Source: Candidatus Poribacteria bacterium
GTDB lineage: Bacteria; Poribacteria; WGA-4E; PCPOR2b
Assembly: GCA_965208675.1 (NCBI GenBank)
Contig: OZ242351.1
Coordinates: 3,968,001 to 4,032,000, forward strand
Direction: 5' to 3'
Length of the DNA: 64,000 nt
The position numbers and the translations under genes are program-made. Under the pieces are notes generated by a model. It saw only the letters and a program-made list of their open reading frames with translations, had not been told where the DNA came from and did no database searches. The stretch's first letter is position 1. Every line of letters begins with the position of its first letter. Below, piece after piece: positions 40,405 through 49,399 of the stretch.

Positions 40405-40473
40405 ATGCTACTCCCGCTTGTGACTGACATTAACATCACAGTGCCCGTCAGACAGCGACTGAATATGGATTAA
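40405..40473 (+). pseudogene. Possible N-terminal remnant of a DUF5615 PIN-like toxin
   Basis: MLLPLVTDINITVPVRQRL* begins 2 nt after the DUF433 stop and resembles the MxxLxDENI start of DUF5615. Confidence 0.4.
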
Positions 40474-40488
40474 ACCTGATTGAGAGCA

Positions 40489-40848
40489 AGTTCTTGTAGG
40501 TTGGGTAGAGCGGATTTATCCAAATCGGCGTCATTAACAAGTTACCGCTCCAAATTTCGAATGGTGTTTGGTAGAAATTCACGTGAAGCGAAACCCAACT
40601 CTTTTGAAAACTCCGGCAACCAAAACGACGACCAAACGAAAAACCCGTCCCATTTACCCAATCACTCCGTCGTTTTTCATTTTTCCTGTCGTCATCGTAG
40701 TGACCTTATCCCTCGTCTCCCGGGGCGTCCCAAAAGCGTTGGGTTTCGCTAGACGTGAGTTAACACCAACCATGTTGCATTTCTGGCGGTAAGAACTATC
40801 GCCCTCCCTATTCGGTCGGTTGATCGCTCTACCCAACCTACAAAAACT
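40489..40848. mobile_element. REPIN/MITE-like element E6 (two complete REP arms)
   Basis: GTAGGTTGGGTAGAGCGGA-72nt-AGCGAAACCCAAC ... GTTGGGTTTCGCT-74nt-CGCTCTACCCAACCTACAAAAACT. Confidence 0.8.
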
Positions 40849-40866
40849 GTCCAAAATAGAGCGTGA

Positions 40867-40895
40867 TTGACACCAAATTGCTTCTGACGTATAAT
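40867..40895 (+). promoter_or_regulatory. Consensus sigma70 promoter
   Basis: TTGACA-17 nt-TATAAT. Confidence 0.8.
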
Positions 40896-40916
40896 TGGTG
40901 ACTCTACTGCGGCAAT

Positions 40917-41900
40917 ATGTGCAGCGCACTCACCAATTATGGGAAGCAGATTATGGAATCTTGTGGCGTTTCAAGCGGGGACCTTGAATCCGCGCTCACG
41001 CATCTTTCCGAACACGGATACACCGTCATAGAAGGCGTGCTTAGCGGCGATGAAATCCAGCACTACCGAAGTTTTGCGGCGGAACTCTTTGAACGAGAAC
41101 GCGAGCATCCTTTCGAGCCGGAAGACGGTCCGGCGTTGCCGGCAGATGCCGAGATTGAAGCTTATCTGAAGGAGAGTTACCTAATCAGCACGGCGGAACA
41201 GGCGCGGCTCATGCGGCGAATCCGCCATACACGCGCTCAAAACCGCGGCACGCCGTGGCCCGTCGCCCCCTCAGACGTGGTTAAGAATTTCCTTCACCTC
41301 CCGACCCTGTTCGATCATGACAAGTCGCAGCGTATCTGGAACTTGGTCAACAAAGCCCCGGATTTCGGAAAACTGATAGAACATCCGGCGGTGCTTTCGT
41401 TGGCGCGGGCGGTTCTTGGGGACGATTGCGTGCTCGCCGACTGCAGCGCCACCAGTATTGGAGCGCGTACCGGCGAAGGCGGGGCATGGCATGTGGATGT
41501 GCCGCTCGGTCAGTTGCCGGAACCGCTGCCGGACTTTCCGCTGACCATCCAGAACGCTTGGATGCTAGATGCGTTTACAACGCGCAACGGGGCAACCCAG
41601 GTTGTTCCCAAAAGCCATCGCACCCGCAGAAAGCCCGCATGGGGCGCGCAGCAGGAGGACGGGAAGATTCTGACGGGACCTGCCGGCTCGGTGGCAATCT
41701 GGTTGTCAAACACATGGCACCGATCGGGGCCCAACGCAACCGGCAATCCCCGCTGGGCTATCCTCTGCTATTACTCCCGTTCATGGATAAAGCCGTTTAC
41801 CGATTTTACATCGTGCCTAGACCCGGCAATCGCGAAAACCTTCTCACCTGGTTTGCGGTATCTTCTAGGATTTTCCGCCAACGCCCCCGTGCGAGGATAG
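40917..41900 (+). CDS. Phytanoyl-CoA dioxygenase (PhyH) family Fe/2OG enzyme
   Basis: HGYTVIEGVL, WHVD, NGATQVVPKSH, GPAGS, WHRSGPN; start 40917 or 40953. Confidence 0.9.
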   Translation: MCSALTNYGKQIMESCGVSSGDLESALTHLSEHGYTVIEGVLSGDEIQHYRSFAAELFEREREHPFEPEDGPALPADAEIEAYLKESYLISTAEQARLMRRIRHTRAQNRGTPWPVAPSDVVKNFLHLPTLFDHDKSQRIWNLVNKAPDFGKLIEHPAVLSLARAVLGDDCVLADCSATSIGARTGEGGAWHVDVPLGQLPEPLPDFPLTIQNAWMLDAFTTRNGATQVVPKSHRTRRKPAWGAQQEDGKILTGPAGSVAIWLSNTWHRSGPNATGNPRWAILCYYSRSWIKPFTDFTSCLDPAIAKTFSPGLRYLLGFSANAPVRG

Positions 41901-42025
41901 ATGGAAATTTTATTTATCCATTTTAACTAGAAAACCACGAACTGTTTCATTGGCTGCTGATTGGGAAAATCTTGACTATACCACGGATTGATTTGGAAAT
42001 GCCAAATTCAGGGAGGAACTCAAAA

Positions 42026-42313
42026 TTGGAGACGCAAGTTATTCAATACCCAACTGAAATTCTGTCGGCCCTCGGAAAAGAGGCTGAAGTATTTGAAAAA
42101 GAAGCCCGTTTGTTATTGGCGTTGAAATATTACGAAACTGGCAAACTCAGCACCGGACTCGCAACTCAACTCGCTGGTGTGCCGCGCACCACCTTTATAT
42201 TTCTTCTTGGCAGACACGGTCTGTCGCCCTTTGGAGAAACACCTGAAAGGCTCAAAAAATCTCTCGAAAATGCAAGAAAAGCTAGTAATCGCCAACCCAC
42301 ACGGAGCCGATGA
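42026..42313 (+). CDS. UPF0175 family antitoxin
   Basis: EARLLLALKYYETGKLSTGLATQLAGVPRTTF; TTG 42026 follows GGGAGG. Confidence 0.85.
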   Translation: METQVIQYPTEILSALGKEAEVFEKEARLLLALKYYETGKLSTGLATQLAGVPRTTFIFLLGRHGLSPFGETPERLKKSLENARKASNRQPTRSR

Positions 42314-42470
42314 TGTCCGAACGTTCCGCTATTCGAAACCCCATGACCAAATACGCGGTTGGCATTGGCTGGAAGTCATTAGCCTTCTCCCTTACCAAGG
42401 GGGAGTTAGAGGGGGGTTTGGCACTAATCACCTATGCTAAATCTGATAACCAATTTCGACCATGAATTTA

Positions 42471-42788
42471 TCAATATGTCAATATTTTCGCAGTTTCTCG
42501 TGACGATTTCCGAATTCCCACCTCACAGTTCAAGCGTTTCAGAAACCGCATGAGCCGCTCAACGCTATAGTAAGAAAGTTTGGCAGCTTTAAGGCGGGCA
42601 ATCTCGGGCTGTTTTACACCAAGCAACTTAGCTGCCACTACTTGGGTTAGCTGGCGTTCCTCCAAAATACGGAAGATTTCCGCTCCTAACTCCGCTTTTA
42701 ACAGTTCTTCTTCGGCAACCTCATCAGGAAAACCTAAATCCTTAAAAAAGTTTCCGCTGCTTTGTTCGACCTTGATTCTACTGCTCAT
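42471..42788 (-). CDS. XRE/HTH_37 (HigA-like) antitoxin
   Basis: SSGNFFKDLG, LTQVVAAKLLGVKQPEIARL, YSVERL. Confidence 0.88.
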   Translation of the reverse strand: MSSRIKVEQSSGNFFKDLGFPDEVAEEELLKAELGAEIFRILEERQLTQVVAAKLLGVKQPEIARLKAAKLSYYSVERLMRFLKRLNCEVGIRKSSRETAKILTY

Positions 42789-43175
42789 GCGCCTATTTCT
42801 GCCTCCTTCGCTCGCCTAAAATTTCGTCAAATCTAAATTTCATTATAACTAATCAGCTATATCCAAACAAGTGCCAAAGTGTTAATCCGAAACTTTTCTT
42901 TTTATCATTTCCCCTGAATCTAGCAAGGTGCAAAATTTCATAGTAAGGTTTCATGTAACCTCCCGTATAAATTGCAAAGAGTTCAGTCATAGCCTGAGTT
43001 CTCACGCCTTTTTTGTCCGTAGGGAATTTGCGTTTGTCCTCGGAAAACTATGAAAACTATGAAATTCTGTATGAGGCAAAAAGATAATTTACGCATATTA
43101 TCGCTTTCGTCGAATACTCCTTCCCCTTACAAAATTCACCATTACCCGCATCTCAATGGAAGCGAATCATACCAA

Positions 43176-43207
43176 AGAAACCGAGTTTATTGAAACACTC
43201 GGTTTCT
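43176..43207. repeat. AGAAACCGAG palindromic repeat
   Basis: AGAAACCGAGT..ACTCGGTTTCT; same family at 34413, 35656 and 38098. Confidence 0.65.
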
Positions 43208-43291
43208 GGATTTTTCTCACCGTGGTGTAAACTCAGATTGAGATTTTTCGTCATATGTATGGACTCAAAGGAAAAAGGCATAATACTCTGA

Positions 43292-45535
43292 ATGAAGCAA
43301 CTTTCCATATACCTCCTTTTCATTTTATCCATCCAATCCTACATCGCACTTGGACAGGAAACCGTAACCCCTGCCGGGGAAATTTTCGGTACAATCTATC
43401 AAGTAGGCATTAATCAGCCCGTTCCATCGGCACGAGTCCGCATCGTCGAAACCGGCGCCCGCACGACGTCCGACTCAACCGGCGAATTTCGATTCCGCAA
43501 CCTACCCGCCGGAGACTACACTCTTTCCGCAACCGCATCCGGTTTTCTTCCCTCCAACGGCGTTGCTGTCACGGTCAAACCTGACGAAACCTCCCAACTT
43601 GAGATATATCTTGAGCCGGAGACAGTTCTGCTTGATGAGGTTGAGGTAACGACGGATCGTCCGGCGTCGACCGTCGGTAGAGAGACTCTGGGTGGTTCCG
43701 AGATTCAGCGCGTCCCCGGCGCTATTGGCGATTCCCTGCGAGCGCTGCAAGCCCTGCCTAGCGTCGGTGTCGCAAACGACTTTAGCGGCGCCCTCTATAT
43801 TCGCGGCGGATCCGACGAGGACAACCTCTACTACTTCGACCGCGTGCCGATCGGTTATCCCTATCATTTCGGCGGGATTGTCTCCTCACTCAGTTCCGAA
43901 ATTATAGAGCGAATCGACGTTTACGCCGGCGGCTACGGCGCCGAATTCGGCGTTGATTCCCAGGCGGTAATTGACATCTACTCGCGGGACGAGAACACGG
44001 ATGGGTTCCGGTCAAAGTTAAACGTCAACCTGCTCTATTCGGAAGGTCTGGTGGAGGGAAAACTCGGAGACCAGGGGTTCTGGTATGCTGCCGGACGGCG
44101 GAGTTACATCGATTTTTTCTTGAGTTCGATGTCGTTTGACACAGGACAAATCACCAGCTTCCCGCGGTTCTGGGATTATCAGGTAAAGGCGGGTTATGAC
44201 CTCTCTGAAAAACACCAACTATCCGCGAACGTGTTTGCTTCAGGCGACAGCTTTGCGCTCAAACTCGATGGTGAAGATGTCGATGCGGACTTTAGAGGCA
44301 ATCTCAACTTCGGAAGCGGGTTTGAGGGCGCAGGCGTTCACCTGCGTTCCCGTCTTACCGATCGGCTCTCATCTTTTCTATCATTGACCCGTTCCTATTT
44401 CGAATTCGATATCAACATCGGTGCTGGACTATCTCTCAAGATCGATGCCCCGCAATACAACCTCCGCGAAGACCTCGCCTACACGTTAACACCGAAGCAT
44501 CAACTCGAATCCGGCGTGATACTCGGCATTGAGCCCGGTAAAGCCATCGGCACGTTCGCCCGTCCGCCCGATGAAGGTGAAGTTGATTACGACTTTCGGT
44601 TTGTTGAGAAAACAACTTTCGACGAATCGGTCGCGAGACGCCGTATGGAAATCTATCTGCAAGACCGCTATAGCGTGCTGCCGTATTTGACAGTCGTGTT
44701 TGGTCTGCGTGCCGACTACCTAAGCGGCATAGACGAACTGTCCCTTCAACCGCGGGGGAGCTTCCTGCTAGGCATATCGGACGGATCGCAACTCCAATTC
44801 GCTTACGGAAACTACAATCAGGTGCCAGGCCCGCCGAGACTGACCCGGAGCGTTGGGAACCCCAACCTGAGCACAAGCCAAGCCAGCCACTATGTGTTGG
44901 AATTCACGCGCCAAGTTTCACCGGCAACGGAGTTCAAAGTCGCAGGTTATTACAAAAACCTTGCCGACCTTGCCACAGTTGACGCCAATGCGAGGTATCT
45001 TAACCAAGGTGTTGGCTATGCGCAAGGCACTGAGGTGTTCCTCCGGCATCGCGCAGGAGATCGCTTTTTGGGGTGGGGCTCTTACGCCTATGGACTTTCC
45101 AAACGGCGCGACCGCCCTGATGAACCGTATCGCTTCTATTCGTTTGACCAAACGCACGTTGCTACGTTTGCGGCGACCTACAGCCCGGCAGCTACGTGGG
45201 AGGTTGGGGCAAAATGGCAATATCGAACCGGAAACCCTTACACGCCGATTCTCGACGCCAATCTTGGCACTGATCCGCGCAACGGAGAGCCTATCTATTT
45301 CCCGGTCTACGCAGAGATAAATTCGGCGCGATTTCCGCCATATCACCGATTGGATGTGAAATTCAGCAAAGCATTTCGGTTTGAAAGCTGGGAGATTGGC
45401 TTCTTTATCGAACTCCTAAACATCTATAATCGCAAGAACCTGCTTGACTTCAACTACAGCGAGGATTACTCCGAAAAGGACGAAATCTACCAATTCCCCA
45501 TTCTGCCGTACTTAGGGGTTACCACCGAGTTCTAA
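43292..45535 (+). CDS. TonB-dependent receptor
   Basis: Signal peptide, carboxypeptidase-like N-domain, YIRGGSDEDNLYYFD, GGYGAEFG, YHRLD, terminal EF. Confidence 0.9.
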   Translation: MKQLSIYLLFILSIQSYIALGQETVTPAGEIFGTIYQVGINQPVPSARVRIVETGARTTSDSTGEFRFRNLPAGDYTLSATASGFLPSNGVAVTVKPDETSQLEIYLEPETVLLDEVEVTTDRPASTVGRETLGGSEIQRVPGAIGDSLRALQALPSVGVANDFSGALYIRGGSDEDNLYYFDRVPIGYPYHFGGIVSSLSSEIIERIDVYAGGYGAEFGVDSQAVIDIYSRDENTDGFRSKLNVNLLYSEGLVEGKLGDQGFWYAAGRRSYIDFFLSSMSFDTGQITSFPRFWDYQVKAGYDLSEKHQLSANVFASGDSFALKLDGEDVDADFRGNLNFGSGFEGAGVHLRSRLTDRLSSFLSLTRSYFEFDINIGAGLSLKIDAPQYNLREDLAYTLTPKHQLESGVILGIEPGKAIGTFARPPDEGEVDYDFRFVEKTTFDESVARRRMEIYLQDRYSVLPYLTVVFGLRADYLSGIDELSLQPRGSFLLGISDGSQLQFAYGNYNQVPGPPRLTRSVGNPNLSTSQASHYVLEFTRQVSPATEFKVAGYYKNLADLATVDANARYLNQGVGYAQGTEVFLRHRAGDRFLGWGSYAYGLSKRRDRPDEPYRFYSFDQTHVATFAATYSPAATWEVGAKWQYRTGNPYTPILDANLGTDPRNGEPIYFPVYAEINSARFPPYHRLDVKFSKAFRFESWEIGFFIELLNIYNRKNLLDFNYSEDYSEKDEIYQFPILPYLGVTTEF

Positions 45536-45648
45536 CGGAGTTATACAACTAGCCGCGTGAATCCAGCTATAGTAAGGCCGTGACTATCTATGCACTGCGG
45601 CGGGTTCGGTTTCCTAACCAATCCCGTCCGTCCTGTTCTCCTCCTGCC

Positions 45649-48600
45649 TTACAACTCCGCGACAACCTCCATATTCATACGGTGTTCAGGCTTCCGCTGT
45701 TTTGTCGAGAGCAACCTGTAATTGAATCTCAACAATAGGTCTGTCACCTTGTGAACCTTGTAACTCGCGGTGGCTCTGATTTCGTGGCTGATTCCCTCGT
45801 AGAAGTTGTATCGCGCAAAAGGGATGCCGCCTTCGCTGGTGCCGTGGCCGATTCGGTATTTGAAATCAATCCGGCCCTTGCGGATAAAGGAGTAAATTAA
45901 CTGATTTTCTACCGAGAGAGTCCGTGTCTGAGCCTCCGGTTCGTTATCAAGGTGCTCCAAATCCGAAGTAATTCCGTGGCTGCCAACCACGCCAAACCGC
46001 ACCGCACGGCTGAGTTCGTAACGGAGTTCCATTGAATTAAGTCGTTCATATTGCATGAGATCTGAGATTTGCTCCGTCGCCTTGCCTTCCAGATTCAATT
46101 GGGTGAATTCATCTCGCTCGCGGCGAACCTCCCACCTCGCACGCAATGAGAACTTCGCCGTTGGATTAATCGTCATGTGAATGTCCCAATCTCTCCCGCG
46201 GCGTCGGCGTTCGCGGCTGTTGATGCGTTTGTTGAGGAGCTGGTTAGTGTTAAACCCAACATCTAAATTCAACGCCGGTGATGGAGAGAAGTCAAGCCGG
46301 TACCGCTGAACCCTTCGCCCAAAGATTGTCTGTTCATTCTGTAGGTTTCGTAATAGGAGCAGTGAAGATGGATCGGAAATTTCCTGTTCTTCCGCGATGC
46401 GCACTTGAAACTCCCCGCGGATAGCATTTGCTAACCATTCAAACCGATCGCGCATCGTTGTTGGCGGCTTAGGTAAGGTATCGGGTAGAATCGGGTTAAT
46501 CGGTGCACCGCCCCCGCCTGGCGGCTCTGCAGGCTGCTTCGATAAAGTTTCCCCGCTAGCGTTCCGAAATGTATCGAGGATACTGGTAGCGGAGTCTCGT
46601 GTTCGGCGCCGGCGCGCAAACATCCGGCGCGGCTGAACGCGAACTCGAAACTTTACATCAATAGCAGAAACAGGCTTGTCATCAACGTTCTGGATAAATC
46701 TGATATAATTCCCCTCCTCAAAATCCTCGCGGTAATGCAGTTCATCAATTTTGACGTAATGACCCTCACCCGGCGGGATTTCTCTGCCCGTCAGCGGGTG
46801 AATATTTGTGTATATTTCCCGCCGCTCTGTCGCGAGTGTCTTATCGAGTTCATAGACCATCTCGCCATCTAACGCGCGGTTGAATGGTGTCAGGCGCAGG
46901 TTAATATCCGCCAATTGCGTCGTTGAATCAGCGCCTTCCGCTCGCTGTGACTCATACAAACGCCGAGACAGATTCGCCGCAAAGTTTGTCCATTTTCGCG
47001 GCCGTGAGAAGAATCCAATCGTCCACGTTTTCGCGCTCGTCATCTGCTTCCAGTCCGAAAAGGCGAGAGTCTCCTCATCAACCACAATCAGCGGCTCTTT
47101 GTCAAATGCTTCCTCAATGGAGTATTCCGTATTGATGGATGCCCACTGAAAATCGGCAAGATTAATCCGGCCGGTGGAGATGTTTCGCTTCCGGTTCAGG
47201 TTCTGTGCATCAGTTGTATTCAGATCGGTTGACTCCAACTGTTCGATTGAGGCATTAAAATTAAATGGGCGAATCCGCTGGAAGATACTCCACATCGTCC
47301 GGTCCTTGCGAAATTGGTCTTGTCCTCTGACCTTTGACGTGCTGCTTCGGTAATCGCTTCTCACGCGGGGTAGGATTGGACGTTTCACTAAGCCGCCCTG
47401 CGGTTTGAATTCAAATCCCCCGTTGAAATTGTTGCGGATAGTTACGCCGTCGGACACATTCCCCTCGCGCTCGCCAGGGTCGAGAGCAGAGGAAACTCCG
47501 GCTCCAGTCAAGCCGTCAATCGCAGATTGAATCTTAAAACGCTCCTCCGTTCGTCCTATTCCTGAATCAAGATTCAACCAACCAAACGGTCTAAACTGCA
47601 GATCGAAATCTAGCGATCTTTCGTCAGGAGATTGCCCGCCGCCAGATGCGCTGAGCAAATACAAATCATCAAATCTTTCTTCAGAATACTGCTCCTCATA
47701 GCGGAAGCGTGTACGGTTTGTGCTCGATGCGCCGACTGGCACAAACTCGGCATCAAGCGATCGGGCATCTAAATTCAGTTGCAGTTTGTTGCTCGACGAA
47801 TTTGCCAGAATTTTCCACGCCCGACTAAGCACCTTCGCATCTCGATTGGAAAATGTGTTCTCATCGAGTGCGCTAAAAGCCATCTGTCCCTCTACCGATG
47901 TCCAATCTGTCGGGTTGAGGCGCCCCTCAATACCCCATACCGTGTGCCGCTGCGGCGCCGTAAGCGAGTTCCCATCGGAGTCCAGCTCATTTTTTTTCAA
48001 ATCCTCAATATCTTGTTCGTTGAGGATTATGAACGCGTTTTCGGGGTCATTCAGATCCGATTCAACGGCGTATGCGAGGCCAACTGCTGCCCGCCCGTCC
48101 GGCAGCAGATTGAATAACCCGCTCGCGCCCTGTAGATTCCGCTGATAAGCAAGGTCTTCAGGGATAAATTCAAAATCAATGCGGATGCTGTCGTTGCTGG
48201 TAATCAGATGTTTGCTCGTGAATTCGATGATGGGGTCGCCGTAATCGCGTATAATATAGTCATGGTTTTCACCGCGCCGCATCCGTTCGCCGTTAAGCCA
48301 AACAATTTCCGTCCCCGCTTTCACAATGACAAATTCGCCATCCACGTCAATTCGATATTCGCTGCGCCCCTCCTCTGCCCGTATGGTCTTGCTCGCGGAT
48401 TCCCCTTTCGGGATGCTGCTTGGAATTATATGGAATGACCCCCACTTGAAGTTTCCTTCGACCTGGACGCCTTCTAGCGCCCTTGGAAAGAAAATGAACT
48501 CGGAATTTCCGAGCGATCCCTCATAATCGCCCAAGGTCGCTGTCACATTCGGGCTTGTAATCCGAATCAGTTTCTGGTCGATGTCTTGGATGTCCTCTGT

Positions 48601-49362
48601 CGTGCCCTCCGGCTGGATTGGCAGGTCTTGATCCGAAAGCAACGCGATGACGCTCACGTTTTCCGAGACTTTGCCGTCAACGCTAATCCGCAATTCTTGG
48701 TTTTGAGACAACGCTCGTCCGCTGCCGACTGAAACTCCAAACGTCTGCGTTCCCGTGACTTGCAGGGGAGGCTGCGCGGTTTCTGTGGACGGTTGCCGTG
48801 CGAGATCGGGCTGAAACCCAAATTTGCTTTCCGCGGGCGGTTGCTCGGTTAACGGTTGTTTTGGTCGAAACAGATTGCGTTTGTACCGTTTCTTGATTTC
48901 AAAGGGCAGGGCGTGGTAGGTTATGTTGACGATAGCATCCGGCGGGTAGTCGTTCAGAAGGGCGACAGTTCCAGCGTGATAATCAATTCGGTAGTCCTCG
49001 TTTTTCGCGATTTTTTCGCCATTGACGGTAACTGTTTCGCTATCCCGGACGATCGGAAGGTGCTTTAAGGAAAAGGGATTGGACAGGTCTTTAAACCTCC
49101 CTGTCTCCGACTTCTGCAGAAGAGAAATGGTCGGAAGTTGGAGGTCGCTGGTTAAGGGTTTGGTAGGGTTTGCCTCTTCCGCGCCAGAAGCCGTAGCGCT
49201 GAAATAACTTGATAGTAGCAGGCATATCAACGGCAGAAGGTTTCGGAGAAAATATACGCAAAATTGTGTGGCTCGAGACGGTATAAAAGGGATTGGAGTA
49301 TCTGATTGAGTGGTTATAAAAAACTGATTGTACGCCGCCACATCTCGTTTCCCTTTCTCCAA
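45649..49362 (-). CDS. Large outer-membrane beta-barrel protein of unknown function
   Basis: Signal-like segment, two V..NG...DY.I.DY motifs, LSDQDLPIQPEG, amphipathic beta-strand C-terminal half; true start uncertain. Confidence 0.7.
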   Translation of the reverse strand: MEKGKRDVAAYNQFFITTQSDTPIPFIPSRATQFCVYFLRNLLPLICLLLSSYFSATASGAEEANPTKPLTSDLQLPTISLLQKSETGRFKDLSNPFSLKHLPIVRDSETVTVNGEKIAKNEDYRIDYHAGTVALLNDYPPDAIVNITYHALPFEIKKRYKRNLFRPKQPLTEQPPAESKFGFQPDLARQPSTETAQPPLQVTGTQTFGVSVGSGRALSQNQELRISVDGKVSENVSVIALLSDQDLPIQPEGTTEDIQDIDQKLIRITSPNVTATLGDYEGSLGNSEFIFFPRALEGVQVEGNFKWGSFHIIPSSIPKGESASKTIRAEEGRSEYRIDVDGEFVIVKAGTEIVWLNGERMRRGENHDYIIRDYGDPIIEFTSKHLITSNDSIRIDFEFIPEDLAYQRNLQGASGLFNLLPDGRAAVGLAYAVESDLNDPENAFIILNEQDIEDLKKNELDSDGNSLTAPQRHTVWGIEGRLNPTDWTSVEGQMAFSALDENTFSNRDAKVLSRAWKILANSSSNKLQLNLDARSLDAEFVPVGASSTNRTRFRYEEQYSEERFDDLYLLSASGGGQSPDERSLDFDLQFRPFGWLNLDSGIGRTEERFKIQSAIDGLTGAGVSSALDPGEREGNVSDGVTIRNNFNGGFEFKPQGGLVKRPILPRVRSDYRSSTSKVRGQDQFRKDRTMWSIFQRIRPFNFNASIEQLESTDLNTTDAQNLNRKRNISTGRINLADFQWASINTEYSIEEAFDKEPLIVVDEETLAFSDWKQMTSAKTWTIGFFSRPRKWTNFAANLSRRLYESQRAEGADSTTQLADINLRLTPFNRALDGEMVYELDKTLATERREIYTNIHPLTGREIPPGEGHYVKIDELHYREDFEEGNYIRFIQNVDDKPVSAIDVKFRVRVQPRRMFARRRRTRDSATSILDTFRNASGETLSKQPAEPPGGGGAPINPILPDTLPKPPTTMRDRFEWLANAIRGEFQVRIAEEQEISDPSSLLLLRNLQNEQTIFGRRVQRYRLDFSPSPALNLDVGFNTNQLLNKRINSRERRRRGRDWDIHMTINPTAKFSLRARWEVRRERDEFTQLNLEGKATEQISDLMQYERLNSMELRYELSRAVRFGVVGSHGITSDLEHLDNEPEAQTRTLSVENQLIYSFIRKGRIDFKYRIGHGTSEGGIPFARYNFYEGISHEIRATASYKVHKVTDLLLRFNYRLLSTKQRKPEHRMNMEVVAEL

Positions 49363-49399
49363 ATTGTAAACCTATTAAGCCAGCCGGTTTCCCGCCTCA

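Noticed and set aside
36818-40744. Integron attC sites (ACCCAAC...GTTGGGT fits RYYYAAC...GTTRRRY)
   Set aside because: These heptamers are the inner ends of REP arms. There are no clear L boxes, they are not adjacent to stop codons, no integrase is in the window, and dapB would be an atypical cassette.
33927-40848. CRISPR array
   Set aside because: Repeats are inverted pairs separated by whole genes, not tandem direct repeats with 30-40 nt spacers, and there are no cas genes.
36733-40929. ORFs inside repeat elements (36733..37047, 38950..39159, 40480..40752, 40654..40929)
   Set aside because: Frames are not conserved between element copies and show no transposase motifs.
43043-43064. GAAAACTAT short tandem repeat
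   Set aside because: Only about 2.5 units, too short to interpret.
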